Shown here in pieces: positions 38,865 through 51,810 of a stretch of 64,000 bases of DNA. The stretch's first letter is position 1. Each line of letters starts with the position of its first letter. This stretch comes from Heptranchias perlo (taxonomy: Eukaryota): NCBI RefSeq assembly GCF_035084215.1, contig NC_090340.1:4340001-4404000 (forward strand), read 5' to 3'. Position numbers and translations under genes: made by a program. The notes beneath the pieces are model-generated. The model did no database searches, was not told the origin of the DNA, and worked only from the letters and a program-made list of their open reading frames with translations.

Positions 38865-39497
38865 TCATAGCATCATAGTGCCAAGGAAGGTACAGCACAA
38901 GAAGAGGCCATTCGGCCCATTGTGCCTGTGCCGGCTCTTTGAAAGAGCTATCCACTCCGCCTGCTCTTTCCCCATAGCCTTGTAAATGTTTTCCCTTCAA
39001 GTATTTATCTAATTTCCTTTTGAAACTTATTATTGAATCTGCTTCCACCACTCTTTCAGGCAGTGCATTCCAGATCATTACAATTCGCTGCATAAAAAAA
39101 TGTTTCCTCATTCGCCTTTGGAACTTTTGCCAATCACCTTCAAACTGTTTCCTCTGGTTACCAACGCTTCTGCTACTGGAAACAGTTCCTCCTTATTTAC
39201 TCTATTAAAACCGATCATGATCTTGAACACCTCTATCAAATCTCCCCTTAATCTTTTATGTTCTAAGGAATGTAACGACAGCTTCTCCAGCCTTTCCACA
39301 TATCAAGAGGCAGCGAGTGGCAGTGGCATATAGTCCCTCATCCCTGGTACTATTCCAGTAAATCTCTTCTGCATCCTTGATAAGAAACTTACATCCTTCC
39401 TAAAATGTGGTGCCCAGGACTGAACACAATACTCCATCTGATTCCTAACCAGTGATTTAGAAAGATTTAGCATAACTTCCTTGCTTTTGTACTCTAT
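38865..39497 (-). mobile_element. CR1 3' fragment
   Basis: LEHKRLRGDLIEVFKI and FFMQRIVMIWNALP. Confidence 0.92.
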
Positions 39498-41130
39498 GGG
39501 GGGAAAATTCGATAGGGGTCGTTTTTCGACGCAGGTAGCGCGATGTAGTAGAACCCCATGCCGACTGGCCCCTGCACAAGCAGGACGCAAGTTTGGACAC
39601 ACCGGAGCACTGACCTGCAATCAGAGTTCCTTTCCAGGCCTTGCACGAGGAATCAATGGAATTCGCACTTCCCACCACCAGAGGGTGCTAAATCTCTTAA
39701 CGGGAGGATGTTTCTTCGAAATCTCTTCAAGGTAGCTGGTACATTTTATTTGCTGAAAATATCAGTCCACTGCCTGCACGGAGCCTGAACGGAGATCAGA
39801 CATCGCCCTCGTAAAACACAGATGCAGGTCCCATCCCTATGTTTACACACTGATGAGTTATGTTAAAACATTGAACAAAGGTTGTGCACTGCTAAATCAA
39901 ATAACCTCCAGATCTGCATGGCAGACTTCACCAATCTGCCAATCTGAGTTGGTACCAGATCTGCGAGAGTGCTTGCAGCAGGGTTCTCTGCTGATGCACT
40001 AGAGACGTTGGGTGCAAGGGGTGGACAGAAGGAGGGACATCGTATATCTGCTGGGCGGGGGCGCGGGGGTGGTGGGTGGGGCGAAGAGGCCCTCCAAACA
40101 TATACTCAAAAGGCAGTGGGAGGCAGCGGGGGACAAAGTCAATGCCAGGTGCACAGTATCATGAACCTGGATGCAGTGCAGGAAGAAGTTCAATGCTTTG
40201 ACATGAGTGATCATGGAGAGTGAGGTCAACTGTCAAGTGGCGTCCCCTACCAACTGCACCACGCACTACACCCACATCCTCCACATACCAATAAACTGTT
40301 TCCATCAGTCCTGAACTCTTCCAATCAGATGCTTCCTCTCACCCTTAAACATTACCACTGTTTCAAGCCACCCACCTACAACTCACGTGCCACACACAGA
40401 CAGCTATTCAACCTTGACAGGTGCATCATCCAGACACGCTTCCCGCTTTCTTGCAGGAGAAAGTGGCGCATATCAAGAGGCAGCGAGTAGCCGTGGCATT
40501 TATTCCCTCGAGCCTGTTCCACCATTCAATGAGATCATGGTGGACCTGTGACCTAACTCCGCCTTTGCACCATATCCCTTAATACCCTTTGGTTCACAGA
40601 AATCTATCAATCTTAGACTTAACATTCACAATTGAGCTAGCATCAACTGCCGTACGCAGAAGAGCATTCCAACCGTCTCTCATCCTTTGCATGTAGAAGC
40701 ATTTCCTAACTTTGCTCCTGCACATCCTGGCTCTAAATGTTAGGATATGCCCCTGCATCCCAGTATTGAAGCCGAGGAGACCTCCAAATACAGTTAGAAA
40801 TATCTCCACAGCCAGAAGCAATACTCCAGCCACTAACCTGTAAATCCTGCATGGTCCCTTTTAATTGTGCCGATGGGCGTCCTCCGGGCTCTCTAAAACA
40901 CGTTCAGATGGTCGGGGTTAAGAATGTGCGTTGAGTTGAGCTTTGTCCTAAAATGGTGTCTATCACTTTAAATCAGCGTTGCGCACTCATTGAAGCCATT
41001 TTCTCCCTACGTTACATGATTCTGGCGTTCTTTATCGAAACGTGCGTGTGCATCCAAGACACCATTTGGATGTCGGAGAGGCCGAGTAGCGCTGAAACAA
41101 CGGGCACTACGTGTCCCAATTTAGCGTCCT
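39498..41130 (+). mobile_element. PIF/Harbinger-type DNA transposon remnant with Myb/SANT-like ORF; contains a small CR1 piece at ~40505-40760
   Basis: 39980-40215 reads FSADALETL/VQGVDRRRDIVY...QWEAAGDKVNARCTVS*TWMQCRKKFNALT*VI, and a second exon follows ttgcAG near 40455 (EKVAHIKRQR). The ends are degenerate. Confidence 0.7.
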
Positions 41131-43619
41131 GATTCTTTTCTTGGGGCTGTTGGAAAAAAATAAATCAGTGTTTTCTTGGTGATGAGCGGGTGATGTGAGA
41201 GGGGAGTATAAGATTGAATAATCAAAATGCCGTTTGGATCCAGTGGGGGTCAACTAGGCTGAATGGAATGTTCTTGCTTCGAAATTTCGCAAATGAATTA
41301 TTATCCTAGGGATAATTGGGCGAATATTAATACAATAGTGGACTACAATCATGAATGCGCTTTTAATCTGAAGACTTCAGACGTCCGAATGTGAAGCTAA
41401 TGCACTTGTTCAGAATAGTGAATCAAACGGTTGACAAATGTGTGTAAAATATGCTCCAAATGTCCAGCATGAACATAACCGTGATCTACATGTTGGGAAC
41501 TGGACAGAGTTTTCCTATTATCCTTATCACTGAGATCCCTCGGAGGAGGGCAATGAATTTGAAGTCGTGAAAGAGCATAAGAAATAGGACCAGGAGTAGG
41601 CCATACGGCTCCTCGGGCCTGCTCCGACATTCAATCAGATCATGGCTATTCATCGACCTCAACTCCACTTTCCTGCCCAATCCCCATATCACTTCATTCC
41701 CCTAGAGTCCAAAATTTATCTATCTCAGCCGTAAATATATTCAACGACTCAGCATCCACAGCCCTCTGAGGCAGAGAATTCCAAAGATTCACAACCCTCT
41801 GAGTGAAGAAATTCCTCCTCATCTCAGTCTTGAATGGCCGAACCCTTATCCTGTGACTATGCCCTGTAGTTCTAGACTCTCCAGCCAAGGGAAACAACCT
41901 TTCAGTATTTACCCTGTCAAGACCCCTCAGAATCGTATATGTTTCAATGAGATCATATCTCAGTCTTCTAAACCAAAGAGAGTATAGGCCCATTCTACTC
42001 ATCCAATCCTCAAACGACAACACTCTCATCCCAGGAATTAATCTAGTGAACCTTTGTTGCACCGTCGCTAAGGCAAATATATCCTTCCTTAGATAAAGAG
42101 AGCAAAACTGTAAGCAGTACTCCAGGTGAGGTCTCAGCAAAGCCCTGTACAATTGCAGCAAGACTTCCTTACTCTTCTCTTCCAACCTCCTTGCAATAAA
42201 GGCCAACATACCATTTGCCTTTCTAATTGCATACTACCTTTTGGTGTTTCTTGTACAAGGATACCCACGTCTCCCTGAACGTCGGCATTTAATAGTTTCT
42301 CACCACTTAAAAAATAATCTGCTTTTCTATTCTTCCTACCAAAGTGAATAATCTCACAATTCCCCACATTATGCTTCACCTGCCGCGTTCTTGCCCACTC
42401 ACTTAACCCGTCTCTATCTCTTTGCAAACATTTTGTGCCCTCCTCACACCTTACTTTCCCACCTAGCTTTGTATCGCCAGCAAACCTGGATAATATACAC
42501 TCGGTCCCTTCATTCAAGTCATTAATATAGATTGTAAAAAGCTGAGGCCCAAACACCGATCTTTGCAGTCCCCCAATAGATACAGCCTGCCAACCTGAAA
42601 ATGAGCTATTTATCCCTACTCTCTGTTTTCTGTCCGTTAACCAATCCTCTATCCATTCAAATATGTTGCCCACAATCCCATGAGCCGTTAAGGTGCGTGA
42701 CATACTTTTATGTGGCACCTTATCGAATGCCTTTTCGAAAAATCCAAAAACACGACATCCGCGGGTTCCCCTTGACCTACGCTGTTAGTTACATCCTCAA
42801 AAATCTCTAATAAATTTTTGAAACACGATTTCCCTTTCATAACACTATGTTGACCTTGTCCAACCATATTATGATGTCCTAAGTGCCCTATTACCACTTC
42901 CGTAATAATGGATTCCAGCACTTTTCCGTCGACGAGTGCCAGGTTAACTGGTCTGTAGTGCCCTGTTTTCTCTATCCCTCCTTTCTTGAATAGCGAGGTT
43001 ACATTGGCTACCTTCCAATCCCCTGGGACCGTTCTAGAATATAGTGAAATTTGGAAGATCATAACCAATGCGTCCACAATCTCTGCATCCACCTCTTTTA
43101 GAATCCACGGATGAAGGCCATCAGGTCCAGGGGATTTATCGGCTTTAAGTCCCATTCGTTTCTCAATTTCTTTTTTTCTACTGATAATAATTACTTTTCG
43201 TTCCTCACTCTCATTAGCCCCTTGGTTCCCATTATTTATGGAATGCTTTTTCTGCCTTCTACCGTGAAGACAGACACAAATTATTTTTAATACGTCTGCC
43301 ATTTCCTGATGCCCCATTATAATTTCTCCTTTCTCAAATTCTAGGTGACTTTTGCTACTCTCTTCCTTTTTATATACTTGTAGAAGCTTTTATAATCCAT
43401 TTTTATATTTCTTGCTAGTTTACTTTCATATTCTATTTTCTCTGTTCTAATCAATTTTTGGTCGCCTTTCCTGGTTTCTAAAATTCTCCCAATCATCAGA
43501 CTTACTAGTCTTCTTGGCAATCTTATAGGCCTGTTCTTTTAATCTAATACCATCCTTATATTCTTTATTTAGCCACGGGTGAATCACTTTTCCCCAGGAG
43601 TTTATATTTCTCAATGGAA

Positions 43620-46415
43620 TGTAAGGGCAAGGCTGGTAGAAGTAGGGAACCTTGGATGACTCGGGAGATTGAGGCCCTAGTCAAAAGGAAGAAGGAGGCA
43701 TATGACATGCATAGGCAGCTGGGATCAAGTGGATCCCTTGAAGAGTATAGAGATTGCTGGAGTAGAGTTAAGAGAGAAATCAGGAGGGCAAAAAGGGGAC
43801 ATGAGATTGCTTTGGCAGATAAGGCAAAGGAGAATCCAAAGAGCTTCTACAAGTACATAAAGGGCAAAAGAGTAACTAGGGAGAGAGTAGCGCCTCTTAC
43901 GGATCAACAAGGTCATCTATTTGCGGAACCACAAGAGATGGGTGAGATCCTGAATGAATATTTCACATCAGTATTTACGGCTGAGAAAGGCATGGATGTT
44001 AGGGAACTTGGGGAAATAAATAGTGATGTCTTGAGGAGTGTACATATTACAGAGAGGGAGGTGCTGGAAGTCTTAACGCGCATCAAGGTAGATAAATCTC
44101 CGGGACCTGAGGAAATGTATCCCAGGACGTTATGGGAGGTCAGGGAGGAAATTGCGGGTCCCCTAGCAGAGATATTTGAATCATCCACCGCTACAGGTGA
44201 GGTGCCTGAAGATTGGAGGGTAGCAAATGTTGTGCCTTTGTTTAAGAAGGGCGGCAGGGAAAAGCCTGGGAACTACAGACCGGGGAGCCAGACATCTGCA
44301 GTGGGTAAGTTGTAAGAGGGTATTCTGAGGGACAGGATCTAAAGGCATTTGGAGAGGCAGGCACTAATTAGGAACAGTCAGCATGGTTTTGTGAGAGGAA
44401 AATCATGTCTCACAAATTTGATTGAGTCTTTTAAAGGGGTAACAAAGAAGATAGGTGAGGGCTGTGCAGTAGACGTGGTCTACATGGATTTCAGCAAAGC
44501 CTTTGACAAGGTACCGCATGGTAGGTTGTTACATAAGGTTAAATCTCATGGGATTCAAGGTGAGGTAGCCAATTGGATACAAAATTGGCTTGACGACAGA
44601 AGACATAGGGTGGTTGTAGAGGGTTGATTTTCAAACTGGATGCCTGTGTCCAGCTTTGTGCCTCAGGGATCGGTGCTGGGTCCGCTGTTATTTGTTATTT
44701 ATATTAATGGTTTGGATGAGAATTTAGGAGGCATGGTTAGTAAGTTTGCAGATGAAACCAAGATTGGTGGCATTGTGGACAGTGAAGAAGGTTATCTAGG
44801 ATTGCAACGGGATCTTGATAAATTGGGCCAGTGGGCCGATGAATGGCAGATGGAGTTTAATTTAGATAAATGTGAGGTGATGCATTTTGGTAGATCGAAT
44901 CGGGCCAGGACCTACTCCATTAATGGTAGGGCGTTGGGGAGAGTTATAGAACAAAGAGATCTAGGAGTACAGGTTCATAGCTCCTTGAAATTGGAGTCAC
45001 AGGTGGATAGGGTGGTGAAGAAGGCATTCGGCATGCTTGGTTTCATTGGTCAGAACATTGAATACAGGAGTTGGGATGTCTTGTTGAAGTTGTACAGGGC
45101 ATTGGTGAGGCCACACATGGAATACTGTGTACAGTTGTGGTCACCCTATTATAGAAATGATATTATTAAACGAGAAAGAGTGCAGAAAAGATTTACTAGG
45201 ATGAGTCATAGAGTCATAGAGTTATGCAGCACGGATAGAGGCCCTTCGGCCCATCGTGTCCGCGCCGGCCATCAAGCCCTGTCTACTCTAATCCCATATT
45301 CCAGCATTTGGTCCGTATCCTTGTATGCTATGGCATTTCAAGTGCTCATCCAAATGCTTCTTGAATGTTGTGAGGGTTCCTGCCTCCACAACCCTTTCAG
45401 GCAGTGAGTTCCAGACTCCAAACACCCTCTGGGTGAAAAAGTTCTGTCTCAAATCCCCTCTAAACCTCCCGCCTTTTACCTTGAATCTATGTCCCCTTGT
45501 TATAGAACCCTTAACTAAGGGAAAAAGCTCCTTAGTATCTATCCTATCTGTGACCCTCATAATTTTGTACACCTCAATCATGTCCCCCCTCAGCCTCCTC
45601 TGCTCCAAGGAAAACAAACCCAATCTTCCCAGTCTCTCTTCATAGCTGAAGCGCTCCAGCCCTGGTACCATCCTGGTGAATCTCCTCTGCACCCTCTCCA
45701 AAGCGATCACATCCTTCCTGTAGTGTGGCGACCAGAACTGCACACAGTACTCCAGCTGTGGCCTAACCAGTGTTTTATACAGCTCCATCATAACCTCCTT
45801 GCACTTATAGTCTATGCCTCGGCTAATAAAGGCAAGTATCCCATATGCCTTGTTTACCAACTTATCTACCTGTTCCGCCGCCTTCAGGGATCTGTGAACT
45901 TGCACACCAAGATCCCTCTGACCCTTTGTCTTGCCTAGGATGCTACCGGGACTTGATGGTTTGACTTGTCGGGAGAGGTTAGACAGACTGCGACTTTTTC
46001 CCCTGGAGAGTAGGAGGTTAAGGGGTGATCTTATAGAAGTCTATAAAATAATGAGGGGCATAGATAATGTAGATAGTCAAAATCTTTTCCCAAAGGTAGG
46101 GGAGTCTATAACGAGGGGGCATAGATTTAAGGTGAGAGGGGAGAGATACAAAAGGGTCCAGAGGGGCACTTTTTTCACTCAAAGGGTGGTGAGTGTCTGG
46201 AACGAGCTGCCAGATGCAGTAGTAGAGGCGGGTACAATTTTGTCTTTTAAAAAGCATTTGGACAGTTACATGGGTAAGATGGGTATAGAGGGATATGGGC
46301 CAAGTGCAGGAAATTGGAACTAACTTAGTGTTATAAACTGGGCGACATGGACATGTTGGGCCGAAGGGCCTGTTTCCATGTTGTAACTTCTATGATTCTA
46401 TGATTCTATGATTCT
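43620..46415 (+). mobile_element. CR1 LINE, relatively young, nested in a minus-strand CR1
   Basis: Long ORF2 segments 43614..44315, 44349..44627, 44640-45203 and 45935-46323; (ctatgatt)3 tail near 46390-46415. Confidence 0.96.
45204..45934 (-). mobile_element. CR1 3' fragment, innermost insertion with 8-bp TSD
   Basis: ctaggatg at 45196-45203 and 45935-45942; uninterrupted 205-aa RT C-terminus; (agtcatag)n tail. Confidence 0.96.
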
Positions 46416-47344
46416 ATATTTGTTGAGAATATTGAAATATTTCTTTAAATGCATGTCATTGCTTTTCAACCGTCATAACCTTTAATTTATTTTCCCAATC
46501 TTCCTAAGCCAACTCACCATTCATACCTATGGAATTGGCTTTATTTAAATTTAAGAATCTAGTTGCAGACTTAAGTGTGTCACTATCAAACTCAATGTGA
46601 AATCCTATCATATTATTATCACTCTTCCCCAGAGGATCCTTTACTTTGAGATTACTAATTAATCGTGTCTCATTACACAATACAAGATCTAAAATAGCCT
46701 GTTCCCTGGTTGATCCCATGATGTATTGCTGTGTGAAACCGTCTCGAATACATTCCATTTACTCGTCCTCCAAACTACCTTTGTCAATTTGATTTGCCCA
46801 TTCCATATAAAGGTTAAAGTCCCCCATGATGACTGCTTTACCTCTGATAAAAGTTCCACCAATACTGATTCTACTTTCTGTTCTTCCGATCCAAGACCCT
46901 TTCTCACCATTTCCTTCTATCATCCTTTATTATTAGGGCTACACCACCTCCTTTTCCATTCTGCCTGTCTTTTCTAAACGTCATATACCCTGGAATTTTT
47001 AGTTCCCAATCTTGGTCACGTTGCAACCATGTCTCTGTAATGGTTATTACATCAAACCCGTTTGTGCAACTAATTCATCTAGCTTGTTACGAATGTTCCA
47101 TGCATGAAGATAAAGAGTCTTTAATTTTGACTTTCTACCATTTTTCCTGCTTTGAACGTACTTGATTGGTAAACATTCTGTCACACTCTGCTTATCTTTA
47201 CCCAAATCACTGCACTATTCTGTTGCCTTGAATTTTCTCATTAGATTTTTAAATTTCCCTTCGCCTGACTCCTCCCCTCCCCCGTTTTTAGTTTAAAGCA
47301 CTATCTACAGCCTTAGTTATTCAATTCGGCAGGACGCTGGTCAG

Positions 47345-47845
47345 GGTGCAGCGCAGGATTACCAAAATGATACCGGGGCTAAAAGGGTTAAGTTATGTGG
47401 ACAGGTTGCATAAACTAAGCTTGTCTTCCCTTGAATATAGAAGATTAAAGCATGTTCGAATTGAAGCGTTTAAGATGATTAAAGGATCTGATAGGGTAGA
47501 TAGAGATAAACTATTTCCACTGGTGGGAGAGTCCAGAACAAGAGGCCATAACCGTAAAATTAGAGCTAGGCCGTTCAGTTTGATGTCAGAAATCACTTCT
47601 TCACGCAAAGACGAGTGGAAATCTGGAACTCTCTCCCCAAATAAGCTGTTGAGGCTCGGCCAGTTGAAAATTTCAAAGCGAGGTTGATAGAATTTGTCAG
47701 GGAAGGGTATTAAGGGATATCGAACTAAGGCAGGTAGATGGAGTTAAGGTACAGATCAGCTATGATCGAATGGAATGGCGGAACAGACTCGAGAAGCTGA
47801 ATGGCCTATTCCTGTTCCTATGTTCTTATGTTCATATGTTCCTAA
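47345..47845 (+). mobile_element. CR1 3' fragment
   Basis: QRRITKMIPGLKGLSY; tail cctatgttcttatgttcatatgttcct. Confidence 0.92.
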
Positions 47846-47912
47846 GCCCACTGGAATATAGAATGGGTTTTAAGTTTTGACTTCTTCTAGTCGAGTCAGA
47901 AGCCCAGTCAAA

Positions 47913-48021
47913 GGGGGCAATTTTAACTTTTGGCGATAAGAGTTATCGGGCAAGATGTAAAACGTGCGTTTGTTCCGATATCACCCGTTTCACACAATAA
48001 TGAAAAGTTAAAATTACCCCC
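47913..48021. repeat. 109-bp MITE with terminal inverted repeats
   Basis: GGGGGCAATTTTAACTTTT ... AAAAGTTAAAATTACCCCC: a 19-bp inverted repeat with one mismatch. Confidence 0.8.
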
Positions 48022-49004
48022 GAGGTGTTGATTATTCATTGCTTGAAGAAGGCCTTCTCGACATGTCTTAGCTTCTCTTTTCACCGATTAACTTGACGGA
48101 TCATATCTTGCCTAATTCTGTAAGTTCCCCTCTCAGCTGGTCTTTTAAAGCTAACGGTCCCAAGCTTTTTTTCCCCCTAACTTCATCCTTTAACACAAAG
48201 AATGGGGCTTTCCCTGCGAGCCTGCAGAACATGAACTTCCCCGTAATATCTTGGTGATCAAAAACATAGTGCTCAAGGTGTGATCTAAATAAGGCATTAA
48301 TATGTATTCTTTGGAATAATATGTCGCAGTTTGTACTCAACTGACGTTGCACATAATTAGGCATTCTGCTTGCTTTGATTATTGCTGATCCACAGGCATT
48401 TCACATGTTAACTGTCGGGTGTGCTGCTAAGCCCAGATATATTTCGACGCCTTTTCCTTTTGCTGTTTCCAGAACATGCAAAATAATAATCGACCAGCCA
48501 TTCTCCTACCAAATGTGCAATAAATTTCATGCCCTCGTGAAAGGCGTATCATTCACGGGGCAAAGTGCGCACGCCCAATAAAGTGGGTTGAATTAAGTTA
48601 ATAAAGTCCCTTTATGACAAAGCCTTTGAATGTGTCTCTATTTGTCAGCGTATGATGCTGCAACAAATCAATGGGGACTTAGACAGATACCAGTGCAACT
48701 TACTATGAATTAAACATCTGGGAGCCAGCTGTGCCATGTGAAAGATGTAAGTCGGTTCGAAAACATTCAAAGAGAACTGAATGAATGAGGTAAATTTACT
48801 CATATGTATAACGCCGTGCATGACGGAACAGACTAAAGCGGAGGGAAATGGCACCAAGTGGATAATTATTTCAGAGGGCCGGTACAGAAGTGTGAGGCCG
48901 AAGCCATCCTTCCGTGTTACAAAATTAATGACTTGATCATTTTGACCAAGCTGCTGGGAACATGTTTACTCACGATGATTTACACGCGTACACACTTTTC
49001 ATGC

Positions 49005-50128
49005 AATTAGAATCATAGAATGGTTACATCACAGAAGGAGGCCATTCGGCCCGTCGAGCCCGTATCGGCTCTTTGAAAGACCAATCCAGCTAGTCCCTCT
49101 CCGTTGACCTGTCCTCGTAGCCCTGCAAATGTTTTTCTTCGAGTAATTATCCAATTGCCTTTTGAAAGCCACTCTTTCAGGCAGCGCATTCCAGATCTTA
49201 ACCACTCAGTACGTAAATACGTTTTTCCTCATGTCGCCTTTGGTTATTTTACCAATTACCTTAAATGGGTGTCCTCTGGTTCTTGATCCTTCTGCCAACG
49301 AGAACAATTTCTCTCTATCTACTCTGTCGAGACGTCTGATGATTTCGAACATCTCTACCAAATCTCCTCTCAAAATTCTCTGCTCTTAGGAGAACAACCT
49401 CAGCTTCTCCAGTCTATCCACGTCACTGAAGTCTATCATACGTGGAAACAGTCCAGTAAATATTTTCTGCACCATCTCTAAGGCTTTCACATACTTACTA
49501 AATTGTGATGCCCAGAATTGGACAGAGTACTCCAATTGTGGCCAAACCAGAATTTTTTAAAGGTACAACATAATATCCTTGCTTTTGTACTCTATGCCTC
49601 TATTTATAAAGCGAAGGATCCCATATGCTTTTCAACCTCTTTCTCAACCTGCCCTGCTAAATTCAAAGATTTGTGCACATGTAGCCGAGGCCTCTCTGTT
49701 CAGGACCACCGTTTATTTTACACTCTTCAGTTTATATTGCCTCTCCTCGTTCTTCCTACCAAAATGTATCATTTCACAATTCTCTGCATTAAATTTCATT
49801 TGCCACGAATCCGCCCATTCCACCATCCTATCTATATCCTCTTGAAGTCTACTACTATCCTCCTCGCTGTTCACTACACTTCCAAGTTTTGTGTCATCTG
49901 TAAATTTCGAAATTGTGCCCTGTACACCCAAGTCCAATTCATTAATATACATCAAGGAAAGCAATGGTCCAAGTACAGACTAATGGGGAACGCCACTGTC
50001 GCTCCCCCAGTCCGATAAACAACCTTTCACTACCATTCTCTGTTTCCTGGCACTTAGCCAATTTCGTATCGATGCAACCACTGTCTCTTTTATTCAATAG
50101 GCTTCAACTTTGTTGACAAGCCTATTAA
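49005..50128 (-). mobile_element. CR1 LINE, 5'-truncated
   Basis: YINELDLGVQGTISKFTDDTKLG; tail near 49005. Confidence 0.92.
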
Positions 50129-50129
50129 A

Positions 50130-51810
50130 TAAAGCCAGATTTGCCGAGTAGATGATCCCTCTCGGCCTCCGCCCAATATCCCCACCATCACAGATGCCAG
50201 TCTTCAGCCAATTCGATTCACTCCATGTGATATCAAGAAACTGCTGAGTGTACTGGATACAGCAAAGGCTATGGGTCCCGACAACATCCCGGCTGTAGTC
50301 CTGAAGACTTGTGCTCCAGAACTCTCTGCGCCTCTTGGCAAACTGTTCCAGTACACATGCAACACTGGCATCTACCCGACAATGTGAAAAATTGCCCAGG
50401 TATGTCCTGTCTAAAAAAGCAGGACATATAGAATCCGGCCAATTATTGCCCCATTAGTCCACTCTCAATCATCAGCAAAGTGATGGAAGTTGTCGTCAAC
50501 TTTGTAATCAAGCGGCACTTACTCACCAATAACCTGCTCACCGATGCTCAGTTTGGGTTCCGCCAGGACCACTCGGCTCCAGACCTCATTACAGCCTTGG
50601 TCCAAACATGGACAAAAGAGCTGAATTTCAGAGGTGAGGTGAGAGTGACTGCGCTTGAAATGAAGGCAGCATTTGACCGAGTGTGGAACCAAGGAGCCCT
50701 ATTAATATTGAAGTCAATGGGAATCAGGAGGAAAAATCTCCAGTGGCTGGAGTCATACTGAGCACAGAGGAAGGTGGTAGTAGTTGTTGGAGGCCAATCA
50801 ACTCAGCCCCAGGACATTGCTGCAGGAGTTCCTCAGGGCAGTGTCCTTGGCCCAACCATCTTCAGCTGCTTCATCAATGACCTTCCCTCCATCCTAAGGT
50901 CAGAAATGGATAGGTTCGCTGATGATTGCATAGTGCTGAGCTCCACTTGCAACCTCTCAGATAATAAAGCAGTCCGTGCCCGCATGCAACAAGACGTGGA
51001 CAACATCCAGGTTTGGGCTGATATGTGGCAAGTAACATTCGCGCCAGACAAGTGCCAGGCAATGACCATCTCCAACAAGAGATAGTCTAACCACCTCCCC
51101 TTGACATTCAACGGCATTACCATCGACGAATCCCCCCGCCATCAACATCCTGGTGGTTACCATTGATCAGAAACTTAACTGGAGCAGCCATATAATTACT
51201 GTGGCTACAAGTGCAGGACAGAGGCTGGGTATTCTGCGGCGAGTGACTCATCCCCTGACTCCCTAAATCCTTTCCACCATCTACAAGGCACAAGTGAGGA
51301 GTGTGATGGAATGCTCTCCACTTCTCCGGATGAGTGTAGCTCCAACAACACTCAAGAAGCTCGACACTATCCAGGACAAAGCAGCCTGCTTGATTGGCAC
51401 CCCATCCACCACCCTAAACATTAACTTCCTTCACCTCTGATGCAGTGTGTACTATTTACAGGATCCACTGCAGTAACTTGCCATGGCTTCTTCGACAGCA
51501 CCTCACAAACCCAAGATCTCTACCACCTAGAAGGACAAGGACAGCAGGCACATGGGAACAGCACCACCTACACGTTCCCCTCCAAGTCACACACCATCCC
51601 GACTTGGAAATACATCGCCGCGGCTTCATCGTCGCTGTGTTAAAATCCTGGAGCTCCCTTGCTAACAGCACTGTGGGAGAACCTTCACCACACAGAGTGC
51701 AGCGTTTCAAGAAGTGGGCTCACCACCACCTTCTCGAGGGCTATTAGGGATGGTCAATAAATGCTTGCCTCGCCACAGATGCCCACATCCCATGCACGAA
51801 TAAAATAAAA
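50130..51810 (+). mobile_element. Second non-LTR family (CR1/L2-related RT), 5'-truncated
   Basis: AQFGFRQDHSAPDL...AAFDRVW and [22 protein letters not shown]...FADD; distinct 3' end gcccacatcccatgcacgaataaaataaaa. A short tail copy lies at about 53600-53680. Confidence 0.9.

Larger units (their letters stand above)
41575..47340 (-). mobile_element. CR1 LINE, outer host (41575-43620 and 46415-47340)
   Basis: RT motifs lie in 41694-43317 and endonuclease AILDLV...GKSDNNMI in 46504-46758. The two pieces join collinearly across the insertion. Confidence 0.92.

Noticed and set aside
48101-48364. 87-aa ORF in apparently unique DNA
   Set aside because: NALFRSHLEHYVF looks like a very old LINE LVRPHLEY remnant.
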